From the NCBI GenBank assembly GCA_964016885.1, contig OZ024740.1, positions 86,986,001 to 87,050,000 of the forward strand: a DNA stretch of 64,000 bases, in the 5' to 3' direction. A program made the position numbers and the translations under genes. This DNA is from Eledone cirrhosa. Taxonomy: Eukaryota. The notes under the pieces were generated by a model that was not told where the DNA came from, searched no databases, and saw nothing but the letters and a program-made list of their open reading frames with translations. Of this stretch, positions 41,670 through 52,609 are shown in pieces; the first letter of the stretch is position 1; every line of letters starts with the position of its first letter.

Positions 41670-42896
41670 ATATATATATATATATAAATATATACATGTA
41701 GCTTTTGTATAATATATATATATATATTAACTTATATACACACAAACATATATATACGTCTAAACCCATGCTTGCGTGGAAGATAGACGTTAAACGATGA
41801 TGATGACACAAACACATATATATATACAAACACACATATATATATAAACATATATATACACACATATACACACCCACACATATATATATATTAAGAAATC
41901 CATACAATTGCGTGTGTCTGCATTATACTTTCAATATTGAGACTTGTAAAAAAAAAAAAAAAATTCACAATCGTGTCAAAAATTAGTTTCACTTTTGAGA
42001 CCGCCCGTCTTGACGTATGTCTAAAACCTTTTCACCAGTCAAAATAATATTTGCAATGTACTCTTACACAATGTACGATGTATATTTACGTAACAGAATG
42101 TTCCCAATATATAAGTTCATTAACAGGTGTGAACATGTATTGGTGTTGTATCTTTCAACCACGTTGCTGTAATATTTTCAATGGTGTCTGTCAGATTTTC
42201 ACTTTCAAAGTAACTATCATCGTCAGAAATAAATACGCCTGACTCATTTGAAGATAAATCACTAATATTATCTTGTGTTTCTTTTTCATTTCGAATGTCG
42301 TCGCATGTAAAACCTTCAAAGTCGGTATTCGCTACTTTGGGAAGCAATGTTGATACACAAAAATCTGTTATACTTTCACCATTAAAAAACACGTGTTATT
42401 TCAAGTTGTTTCACTATATTAAGAGTTAATTTATTTTATAAATAAAACATGATTTGGAGTGTATATCGCAACGGCGAAGTAATGGAAAGCTAACAGATTA
42501 TTAGTTTCAATTATCATAAAAAATAGTAGTTTGACGGCCCAAATTTCAGTGCGACCTATCTGCGTGTCAATGGCAAATAGCCTATTTGTTAAATGAAAAG
42601 TGGGTATGCGACCTATCTGCCGGGGCGACCTATACGCGAGTATATACGGTAGTTACGTTTGAATCAAAGCTAAGTTGATATTCAAGATAAGAAGCACCAA
42701 TAATTAACAAACAAAACATTATATGCAAATGAGGATGAAAATGGGGTATGGTTCTGTGATTAAGAAGTTAACTTCACTATCATGTTGCTCTGAGTTTAGT
42801 CTTTCAGTATGTCCCCATGAGTATGTGCCTTCAACTGTGGATTTGCGTCAACATAAATCTTCTGGAGGGGAGACAGACATAGCCACATTATTAAGA

Positions 42897-43079
42897 TTGT
42901 GGATTAGCAGTACTGACAGAGGGTCAGACACCATACTTTGAAGTATGGAGTTACGGCCCTTTACGGTCTGAGTTCAATCCCGTCGAGTTTAACTTTGCCT
43001 TCATCCTTACGGGGTTGATAAAATAAAGTACCAGTAATGAACTCGGGTAATTGCTGGCCTTGTGCCAAAATTAGAAACA
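42897..43079 (+). mobile_element. SINE family B with 10-bp TSD ATTATTAAGA
   Basis: TSD at 42887 and 43080. Body matches the copy at 22730. Confidence 0.82.
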
Positions 43080-43920
43080 ATTATTAAGAAAATTGCCTTT
43101 ATAATTTCATGGTCCATGGTTTGATCCCACTGAGTAAGTCTCTGCTACCATGGAAGACACTTGGATCAACCCAAGTAATGCGAATGAATTTAGATACATA
43201 GAAACTACAGGAGAGCCAATCAGACTGTACCTATTCTGAAGTGGTAGACATAATTTCTCATCCAATTTAACTCCACTACCTAGCTTTGAATGCTTTTAAT
43301 TGAGACCATACTGTTACAAGCATTTGCTCCAAGTTTGAGGGTATCTTGATTCAGTTCATTCTATTACAACAACCCATATCCAAGGAAATCAAATCTCTTA
43401 CCCTCTTTAAAAATTTCAACCTTTCAAACATTAATTGATCCAATTCTATATGGCTTAGAAATCTGGACACATCACCACTCAGAAAAAAATGGTTAGATGG
43501 TACATACACCAAGTGTGAAGAATTGCAGCTGGTTGTCACATCCAACCAAACAAACAATCTATGAAAGTCTGTGTCCAACATCATTTAGACGTAAACAGAA
43601 AAGGCTCCAGTTCACAGGCCATTGTTTTAGGGCAAATAGGGAAGTAATTTTATTGCTTCTCCAATGGAAGCTCCTTGGAAGTGTACATTGTGAAAAATTG
43701 ACTTCTCCAGAGTCTATCTCATAAGATAACTGTGTGCAAACAAAAAAAAGCATGCATGAATTAACAGTTTCAAACCTTCACAAATATCTTCACAGTTCTT
43801 AAGTTTGAATCAGTTTGTATTCCACTTGGAGACATGAATTCTGATGCTTTGAGCAAAATCTTTCTTTAAAGTGTTTCAATAGAATTGAGTAAATAGAATT
43901 TAAATCTACTTGCATATGCA

Positions 43921-43969
<49 letters not shown>

Positions 43970-44082
43970 TTAAAGTTAATGACCTAATAAATTTAGTAGC
44001 CTGTATATAGAGTTCATATTTATGAAAATAAATGACCATTATTTCATTAAAGGGCATAAATCAAACTGTATATAATACTTAC

Positions 44083-44367
44083 AGAGTACATCAACTGTGA
44101 AGTTTAAAAAAGTGGCACCTTCTTTATTTACCACTTTCATTTGATAATCACTACTATCTTTCTGCTTCACCTTGGTTAAATTGAGGACACCATCACTATC
44201 AAGGCGAAAATTTTTTGCCATCATAGGCAATTTCAAAGAACGACCATCTCGCCATAAGCTGTATTTCACTTTCTCTGGATTAGCTCTTACACTGAAGTTT
44301 ACAGCTTTCCATTCATCTTCTAAGATGCTGATTTTACGTGGTATTAGTGGATTGAAGACTGGTTTAA
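44083..44367 (-). CDS. Nephrin-like gene: degenerate 'spacer' Ig domain exon (FKPVFNP..NFSVRANPEKVKYSLW..LNLTKVKQKDSSDYQMKVVNKEG..VDVL)
   Basis: Acceptor ttttag, donor gtaagt, 285 nt, phase 1-1. Ig strand pattern is retained but neither cysteine is present. Confidence 0.92.
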
Positions 44368-46716
44368 CTAAAACACAAATCCAAATATAGAGTAATTAAT
44401 AAACACTGCAGTATTGATAATTAAACAATGTAAAATTTTGACAATTTAAAATGAAAAAGTTTCTGTTTATCTATTTCCATATTAATAGAACATTATACAT
44501 AGATATCTATGATAAAATCAATTTATAATTCTTCCTTAGCTAACAAGAGATTTGGGTTAAAACAAAATACTAAAACTTAAAAGGAAGCATATATTTATTA
44601 TAAAGCAATACAAAATAATTTTGTGTCTTGAAGTTATAACCCAGCCACCTCCACACACATACACACCCATGTAACTAATATTAAAATTAATATGTGAAAC
44701 ACCATTACATCAATATAGATAATTCTAGCTCATGCCAGCATGGAAAGAGGACTTAAAATGATAATGAGGGGTAATTTTTATAATAGATTAGTCAATGGAA
44801 GGGACTGTATTACTTGTTTATACAATCCCTTCAGTATCAGTGAGACTGAGGCAGTTGATGCTCTACTTGAACATCTGCAAGTTGAGAGCTAAAGGAAAAA
44901 ATATGAGAATTCCAGAAAAGGGAAAACAACATGAGTGAAGAGAAGAGGAGATCCAAGTAAATTGGGAGGACCTGAGATAGCATGATATTAATCAAATCAG
45001 AGGTTCGGAAATAGAAGACACGTGTAAGCCAGCAGTTAAAGTGAGCAACTTCATGAGAATCAGTCAGCTGCCCTTTCTTTGTGTGATCTAAGATGCCTGT
45101 ATGTTTATAAGTAGCACCATCTGAGAGTTGGAATCATTATTCTATTGTGGGCCACACTTGAGCTTTTTATAAAGGGTTAGTAATTGTTGGAAGATGAAGT
45201 ATTTTCTGGCTCTGAAGGGGAGACCTAACCTCTGTCATATAGTCTTTCCTATGATGAGAATGTAAAATCAGCAAGAGAGATGATAAGGGCTTGTATTTGT
45301 ACTTGTCATAAATCATCTAGCTAAATATTATTCATGTTAATGGTAGAGTAGAGTATTAGATTGTTATATGGTAATACAATTGCAATCTTTCAGACTAATA
45401 TCTGCTAAATAAAGGAAAATTGATGCTTACACTTTAATAAAGTGTACATTATAGCACATATATTTTTATAATTTATAACATTTTAAAAATTCTAGCAGAT
45501 GTTAAATAGTCATTTTAAATTTAAACATATGTGTATAGTTAGACCAATTGTATTTATCTAGCTGAATGTCACGTCTATCTTACTGCTCATTTATAAAGTA
45601 AAGGTGGAAGTGCTTTGCGAGGCATAAAAACAGCCATACTGAATTTAACAATAACACATCAGCTATAAAAGACACCTTGTGACACTTTGTTGCTTTAATT
45701 TGATTTTCATATTTCTATTCTTTCAACAATTCATTGAAAAGATCTAAGGAAGAATACCACCAAAATTTAAACTCCATAAAGAATAGTTGAATTACAAAGA
45801 CCACAAACACAGCTTCTTCCTCCAGAGCAAGCCCACAAAAACATAACACGAAAATTGTAAAATATAAACCCAGTGTCATGGAACACTGCATTCCCTACTC
45901 TATTGTAGATGAGCCTTTTCCTTCCAATCATAACCAAGTCGAGTCTCCTCACTCTTGTCATACACCCATAACATACATTCTCGCTCCTATTTGATGTACA
46001 CCCACAATAATTCTTCTTACCTTCCCAATCCCATTCCCTGTCTGGTAGAATGGGCTTTTCTGCTAATCACTTACATCACTAGTTCTTATAATAAAACACA
46101 CCCAGAACACACTGTAACTGGTTGGGTGAAGAAACTATGCCAAAATTGAGTGAGAGGACCCTTTAGCCATGACACAAAAATCTCTCTAGTGCTGGTGACA
46201 TGACAAAATGCACCCAGTGCACTCTGTAAAGTTATTGGTAAGAGGAATGGCATCCTGTTGTAGGAAACTTATCAAACTTAAAGTCAAGCAGACTCTTCAA
46301 TTGCGTCAAAGAGATGACAACCTCTCTCGGGCTAGTGTCATGATAAAGTGCATCAAAAAATGTATGTAAGCAAGATATTGCTCTCAGGCTTAACTCAGTG
46401 ATCAGTAACACTGACTATGTACTGATTTACACTGTGACAACTTTCCTAACCCTTGCTATCAGGGAAAACAGATGTTTAATAGTGATGGTGATAATGAATA
46501 CAAACACAATTTCATAAAAGAATTCTACCAAACAGACTGAGACCACCCTAACTATTGTATTTAACCATCTATCTTAATGAATTTATATCTAAATTTAAAT
46601 CTACCAAAGAAAAATTCTTTTACTTTGTTATACTAAATCCCTTGAAATTCATGGTTTATTGAAACAAATGAATAATATATTTTGTGAGAGATATGATTAG
46701 AAATGAGATAACTTAC

Positions 46717-47019
46717 ATAAAACATCCAGTGTGATTCCATCATTAATAATTTTATCCACTGCTCGATTATTAGCTCGGCATCCATAAACTACCTTATGGT
46801 CATCTGGTGTAGGAATAATCTCCAGAATATTTATAGTGATTTTTCCACCATTGCTCCCATTAATGAGAGCAACATTGTTGCCTTGTAATCTTTCACTATC
46901 ATGTAACCAAATAATTTCAGCTTCAGGATTACTGGAAGAGCATTCACATCGAAGGGTGTACTTTTGTCCAGCTCTTGCTTGGCTTGGTCTGGTTGTAATG
47001 TTCACTGACGTTGGTGGAA
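46717..47019 (-). CDS. Nephrin-like gene: Ig domain exon (FPPTSVNIT..RAGQKYTLRCECSSSNPEAEIIW..DDHKVVYGCRANN..LDVL)
   Basis: Acceptor ttctcaag, donor gtaagt, 303 nt, phase 1-1. The FPP..C...SSNP.A.I.W pattern is typical of nephrin/Sns Ig domains. Confidence 0.94.
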
Positions 47020-47218
47020 CTTGAGAAAAACAAAAATTTAAATGACATGAACACAATAAGAAGATGATTTTATAGTTGTGGTTTTTTGTTTTTTATTATA
47101 CCATTAATAGTAGATATTTGAATTATCTTTCTCGGTAGAGATTTGAAAAAAAGTGAGAAAATTTAACGCTTATGAAATATTTAAAGAAATATGTTGTGCT
47201 TGTAAGTAATCTACTTAC

Positions 47219-47383
47219 AGAAGACCTTTAGTCGTATTTGTGTCTGTAGTGGTCTGGCAGTAGCATTATTAGTAGCTTTGCAAACATAGATGGCGCCATT
47301 ATCTTCAGGCTTAATAATTATATTCAAGTCAGCAGAAGCAATGTTACCAATTATCTTGTAATCAGAATCTAAACGGCGGCGAT
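47219..47383 (-). CDS. Nephrin-like gene: C-terminal half of an Ig domain (RRRLDSDYKIIGNIASADLNIIIKPEDNGAIYVCKATNNATARPLQTQIRLKVF)
   Basis: Not in the ORF track. Acceptor ttttag, donor gtaagt, 165 nt, phase 1-1. Contains the DNGA.Y.C.A.N motif. Confidence 0.92.
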
Positions 47384-48536
47384 CTAAAAATGAAAAAAAA
47401 AAATGAAATAAAATACAAAAAATATATATATATAAAAGAGTGCCATGGTAAAAGAAAGAAACAAATAAACATAGTTGGTGTATGTATATTGAGAATTCTA
47501 ATTAAATACTAATATTTGAATTACATCATCTAAAAACACTCATTTGAATGAATAAAATGATTCATAACAATATTAAAAAACATTAATACAACAATAAAGT
47601 GCAATAAATCTGATGCAAGGCCATTCACATTGGTGCTTAATTTCAACGTTCACCGATGTTCTGCAGCATAAGAAATGCAGCCGACTAGCACAGATTTTTT
47701 CTCTCTTTTTTTTTTCATTTAATAGTGCCAGCTTGAAGTCAAATTAAGTTAATCTATATAGAATATTCCTCTATAGGATTAAAACTGGTAAATGGAAATG
47801 TCGAAATTTTTTTTTATATTTCTTGAAAATATATATTTAAAGGACCAAACATATTTATTTCTTAATGCCAACATAGAAATATCTTAATGCCAACATAGAA
47901 ATATCTTAAAGATTAGAATGTTCTGACATTTTTGAAGGTTAGACTGATTGTCAGCTCAGCTTAGTCAAGTCTTCAAAAATGTCTTCTAAATGTTAGTGGA
48001 AGAAACTACAGGTTTAAAAGCAACTATGTATTAGAAGTTCCTAACTGAACAAATTTACAAGCAGAAATATTCATACCACAAACTGGTAAATAAATTTTTT
48101 TAAATGGATTACACTTTTAAAGCATTAGATTAGAAACGTTATAACATTTGTTCTAGCTCGTTGCATTCCAAGTTCAAATCCCACTGTGGCTGAGAGAGGT
48201 ACTCTAACACCTGATTTAACACCACCATCTGCCTCCTGGAAGACTTTAGCAGAGGCCAGTCTGTTTCAAGCCCCCAGACTAGGCTTCCCATTTCCCACCC
48301 TCCCACTCGTCTAATAGGCCCTGAAAGAGGCATGGGCACTAATTTCCCTCCTGGACTTAACAGTAAAAAAAAAAATAGAATTACAAGGTCATTATTAAAC
48401 TGAACTAATCTCCATAATAAAGCAGATGATCACATGACATCCACATTGTGATAGTCTGAGAAATGGTAAACTGTGCAGTGGAGAATGCAATCATTAAATG
48501 TTACTTTTTGCCATCAACATTATATATATATATATA

Positions 48537-48876
48537 TCATCATCATTTCATCATTTCATTTTACGTCCACTTTTCCCTGCTTGCAAGGGTGGGGCGGGAA
48601 CTGATTCTGGCTTGATTTCTACAGCTGGATGCCCTTTCTAACACCAACCTCATTTACAGTGAGTGGTGGGTGCTTTTTTGATGTGGCACCTCCACGACCA
48701 CTTTGCAGTGGAATGATATGGCCCATGTCCCTATCATCTCATTTCTACAGCTGAGTAAACTGGAGCAATGTGAAATAAAGTGTCTTGCTCAAGGAAACAA
48801 CACATCACCCGGTCTGAGAATTGAACTCAGAACCTTTCGATTGTAAGGCCAATACTCTAACCACTAAGCCATGTGC

Positions 48877-48879
<3 letters not shown>
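48537..48879 (-). mobile_element. SINE family A (full length)
   Basis: Reverse complement of 1519-1860. A plus-strand 3' fragment with the same tail follows at 48973-49127. Confidence 0.85.
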
Positions 48880-48974
<95 letters not shown>

Positions 48975-49687
48975 TTGGTGTTAGGAAGGGCATCCAGCTG
49001 TAGAAAACCCGCCAGATAGTCCTATGCGAGCAAGATAATCAATCTTGCCTCAAGTGGGAAAACCCCCGTCCAAACCCATGCAAGCGTGGAACACGGACGT
49101 TAAACGTTGATGATGATGATGATGATGATATATATATATATATAAAAGGTATAGAAGCAAGAAGCCAACAGTATTCCATAATATATATATATATAAATGG
49201 AAAAAATGAAACAAAATTTCATTTCTCACTCTTAGTACGGCTGTTACTTAAATATAAGTATGTATGTATACGTACATGCATATATGTAAACAGACGTACA
49301 GTAGTATGTATATATATATATACATACATACATGCACACATATATATATGTACGTATATACTTTCCTTATGCATATTAACGGCTGATTTGCATATCGAGT
49401 GAGTTAATCGGCTAGACGCACCAAAAACGATAAATGGAAAAAATGAAACGAAATTTCATTTTTCACTCTTAGTACAGCTGTTACTTAAATATAAGTATGT
49501 ATACGTACATACATATATGTATACAGACGTACAGTAGTATATATATATATATACATACATGCACACATATATATATGTACGTATGAATTTACCGAACATT
49601 TATTATAATGCTCGGTTTGTTTGTAAACAAACATCCCGAATTAAGGTGTACAGTGTTTAGCAACCATTGTTGCCCTTTTGTTCAACA

Positions 49688-49756
49688 CTGACAAAGGAAC
49701 AATGTACTAGTTTCAAGCTTATTAGCTATCTTCAGCACTGTATACCTTCCTGCCAG
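49688..49756 (-). ncRNA. Type I hammerhead ribozyme motif, sense to the host pre-mRNA
   Basis: Minus strand reads CTGGCAGGAAGGTATACAGTG-CTGAAGA-T-AGC-TAATAA-GCT-T-GAAAC-TA-GTA^CATTGTTCCTTTGTCAG. Complete core; stem I ACAGTG/CATTGT with a distal extension; palindromic stem III ACTAGT. Confidence 0.75.
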
Positions 49757-49910
49757 ATGATTGAACATCTGAAAGTATATACTTTCAGTTTCATTTTTTC
49801 CATTTATCGTTTTCAGTGCGCCCGGCCGATTAACTCACTCGATATGCAAATTAGGCTGCTCAGCCGTTAATATACATAAGGAAAGTATAAACTTTCAGAC
49901 GTTCAATCCT

Positions 49911-49979
49911 CTGGCAGGAAGGTATACGGTGCTGACGATAGCTAATAAGCTTGAAACTAGTACATCGTTCCTTTGTCAG
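49911..49979 (+). ncRNA. Type I hammerhead ribozyme motif (inverted second copy)
   Basis: CTGGCAGGAAGGTATACGGTG-CTGACGA(49932-49938)-T-AGC-TAATAA-GCT-T-GAAAC-TA-GTA^CATCGTTCCTTTGTCAG. Predicted cleavage after 49962. Confidence 0.75.
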
Positions 49980-50508
49980 TGTTGAACAAATGAGCAACGA
50001 TTGTTGCTAGACACTGTACGGCTTAATTCGGGATGTTTGTTTACAAACAAACCGAGCATTATAATAAATGTTCGGTAAATCCATACGTACATATATATAT
50101 GTGTGCATGTACTGTATGTATATATATACATACTACTGTACATCTGTATACATATATGTATGTATGTATAAATACTTATATATATATATTATAATAGTAA
50201 TAAAAAGGGCGATTTGTTGTCTTCATTACGTTTATGGAGTAGTGACGCGTATTCCGCTATTGATCAGCTCAAGGTTTCATTTGTATCGATCTAGCCTAAC
50301 TCTGAAATTAAAAGCTCGTCGGGCTTCAGTAACTGGATGCTACAATCCCTATATATATATAATAATGAAATACACACACATATTCATATGTATGTGTGTG
50401 TGTGTGTGGTGTCCGCCTTAACAAGTTTTGCTCGATCACCGAAATAGCCAAAATAATTAAAACAATTAAATTAACTCCATAATCAGAGCTATTTATCAAA
50501 TTAATAAT

Positions 50509-50687
50509 TGTTTCTACTTTTGGCCAGCAATTATCCCAGTGTATTACTGGTACTTTATTTTATCGACCTCGTAAGGATGAAAGGCAAAGTTAACCTCGGC
50601 GGGATTTGAACTCAGATCATAAAGGGACGTAACTATGCTGGAAAGCATGGCGTCCGACCCTCTACCGATACTGCCAATCCGCCACCC
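50509..50687 (-). mobile_element. SINE family B with 16-bp TSD TTATCAAATTAATAAT
   Basis: TSD at 50493 and 50688. Confidence 0.88.
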
Positions 50688-50782
50688 TTATCAAATTAAT
50701 AATATGAGGAAATAATAGACAAAAATATACCTATTTCTTCTTCAAAGTCCAGACTGCAGTTTCACTCACACACACACATATA

Positions 50783-50968
50783 GTGAATTGGGAGTATTGG
50801 TCGAGGGTCGGATGCCATGCTTTGCAGTACAGAGTTACGGCCTTTTACATTCTGAGTTCAAATCTCGCCAAGGTTAACTTTGCCTTTCATCCTTAAGGGG
50901 TCGATAAAATAAAGTACCAGTAATGCATTGGATAATTGCTGGCCTTGTGCCAAAAGTAGAAACAATTA
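50783..50968 (+). mobile_element. SINE family B, inverted relative to the copy ~95 bp away
   Basis: A and B boxes present; tail GTAGAAACAATTATT. Confidence 0.85.
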
Positions 50969-52171
50969 TTATATTGTCCCAAACTCCCCTATGGTCGAGT
51001 TAACCAGGAGTGTATTAACTGCTTTTTCTAGCAAATACGTTATTCACTCACTGTCCACCTTACTACCCTTCTGTGACCACTGTATCACGTGTTTATATCT
51101 CTCGCCGCCTCTCGAGAAATTATCACTTGCTACGAAAGAAAAAGACCTTTTTTTTTTACCACTGTATCACATGTTAATCCCTCTCTCCGCCTTTCACACT
51201 TTTTCACTTGCTATTAACACGCAAGAAACAGTCCTTTTTTTCTGAGGGGTCTCTTGATAAGCTGTATCAACCTCGCAGCGATGATGCACTTTTATAGAGC
51301 AGATATCGTTGCACACGAATCGGCGAAACTGCAGTCGGGACTTTGAAGAAAAAATGGGTATATTTTTGTCTATTATTTCCTCATATTTTGTAATTTGATA
51401 TATATATATATATACATACACACACACAAACTTTGTTTTTGTATTTGTTTTGCAAGATTCATGATGTGAAATCATGTGCTGAAACAGATATTATAGTTTG
51501 GAAGGGTCATATTATCAATAAAAGCACATGCACCAGAAGTGGGTCACTCCAGTTTTATTGTTAGTTATTAGTAGCAAATCCTTTCCTTAGCAAGGTTATC
51601 ATATTTAGTTGTCAAAGCTTTTCCAACATATTCTGTGATCATCAAAATGATCATTCTTGCTCCTTTGTATCTCCTCTTTGTTTTGATCTCATTCTATTTA
51701 CAGCATAGGATCTTTCTGACAAAAGTGCTTTGACAATTACATATGATAACTAAATAACTAACCAAAGAATGGATTAGTTACCTAACTCATAATAAAACTG
51801 ATGTGAAATACAACTGGTGTGTGGGTTCTTATTGGCAGCATAAGTTGTCCAAAATATAAGAATACACAGACACACACACATATATATATATGTGTATAAC
51901 CCATGCTAGCATGGAAAAATTGACGTAAAATGGTGATAATGATGATGATGATGATACACATGCATACACATGTGTGCATGTGTCCAAGCAAAGAGAGGAA
52001 GGAAGATGAAAAATTAAAGAAGATGACAGTCCCTCTCTCTAACTTTCCTTTTCCTTCTTTTATACACCCCCCTCCCTCACAGACAGTGTTGCCAAGACAT
52101 TTACATACAGATTATGATATGAAACAATGCGTATGTGTATGTGCAGCTTTGGATGTGCCTGGGTCTTTGCT

Positions 52172-52576
52172 TTAACCCTGCCAGCCAGAATTCTCTCACC
52201 TCTATCTGTTCAAACTATCTGTAACTTGCTACTCATACTGATGTTAAGGTATTGTTCTCAAAATAGATAACATCAAAATCCCATAGATTTGATATTATAT
52301 GAGATATTATGTGAGATAAAGCCTTTACTGCAAAAATACAATAGTAAATATAGAATAATTGTTTCTACTTTTAGACACAAGGCCACCAATTACCCAGTAC
52401 ATTACTGGTACTTTATTTTATCGACCCCGTAAGGATGAAAGGCAAAGTTAACCTCGGCGGGATTTGAACTCAGACTGTAAAGGGACGTAACTATGCTAGA
52501 AAGCATGGTGTCCAACCCTCTACCGATACTGCCAATTCACCGTAAATATAGAATAATGTAAATGCTAAAGGGTTAA
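52172..52576. mobile_element. piggyBac-type MITE interrupted by a family B SINE (52360-52541, minus strand; TSD GTAAATATAGAATAAT)
   Basis: TTAA|CCCT...AGGG|TTAA. TSD copies at 52344 and 52542. Confidence 0.8.
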
Positions 52577-52609
52577 ACAACAAAATCAAGAACTCCCTAG
52601 ATTGACAGT

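Larger units (their letters stand above)
39733..42021. mobile_element. Mutator/foldback-like element with ~345-bp TIRs and a 9-bp TSD
   Basis: TSD TAAAACCTT at 39724-39732 and 42022-42030. Ends GGCATACGTCAAGACGGGCGG / CCGCCCGTCTTGACGTATGTC. Confidence 0.85.
39263..42649. mobile_element. Non-autonomous Tc1/mariner (Tc2/pogo-type) DNA transposon hosting nested insertions
   Basis: TA|CCGTATATACTCGC ... GCGAGTATATACGG|TA (14-bp TIR, TA TSD). Subterminal GCGACCTAT repeats near both ends. Confidence 0.8.
49190..50180. repeat. Retrozyme-like or Penelope pLTR-like repeat cluster (direct, inverted and circularly permuted copies of a ~420-nt unit)
   Basis: Direct repeat 49192-49356 / 49430-49584. Inverted arms ~49490-49776 / 49891-50180. 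The spacer 49788-49889 is the reverse complement of 49357-49449. Confidence 0.8.

Noticed and set aside
42120-42392. Acidic 90-aa ORF with DFEGF
   Set aside because: Probably a transposase remnant (pogo C-terminal or piggyBac N-terminal type) inside the Tc2-like element. Too short to assign, with no catalytic motifs.
44820-45290. Possible second solo LTR on the minus strand
   Set aside because: A TATA-like motif is present, but I could not define TG..CA ends or a TSD.
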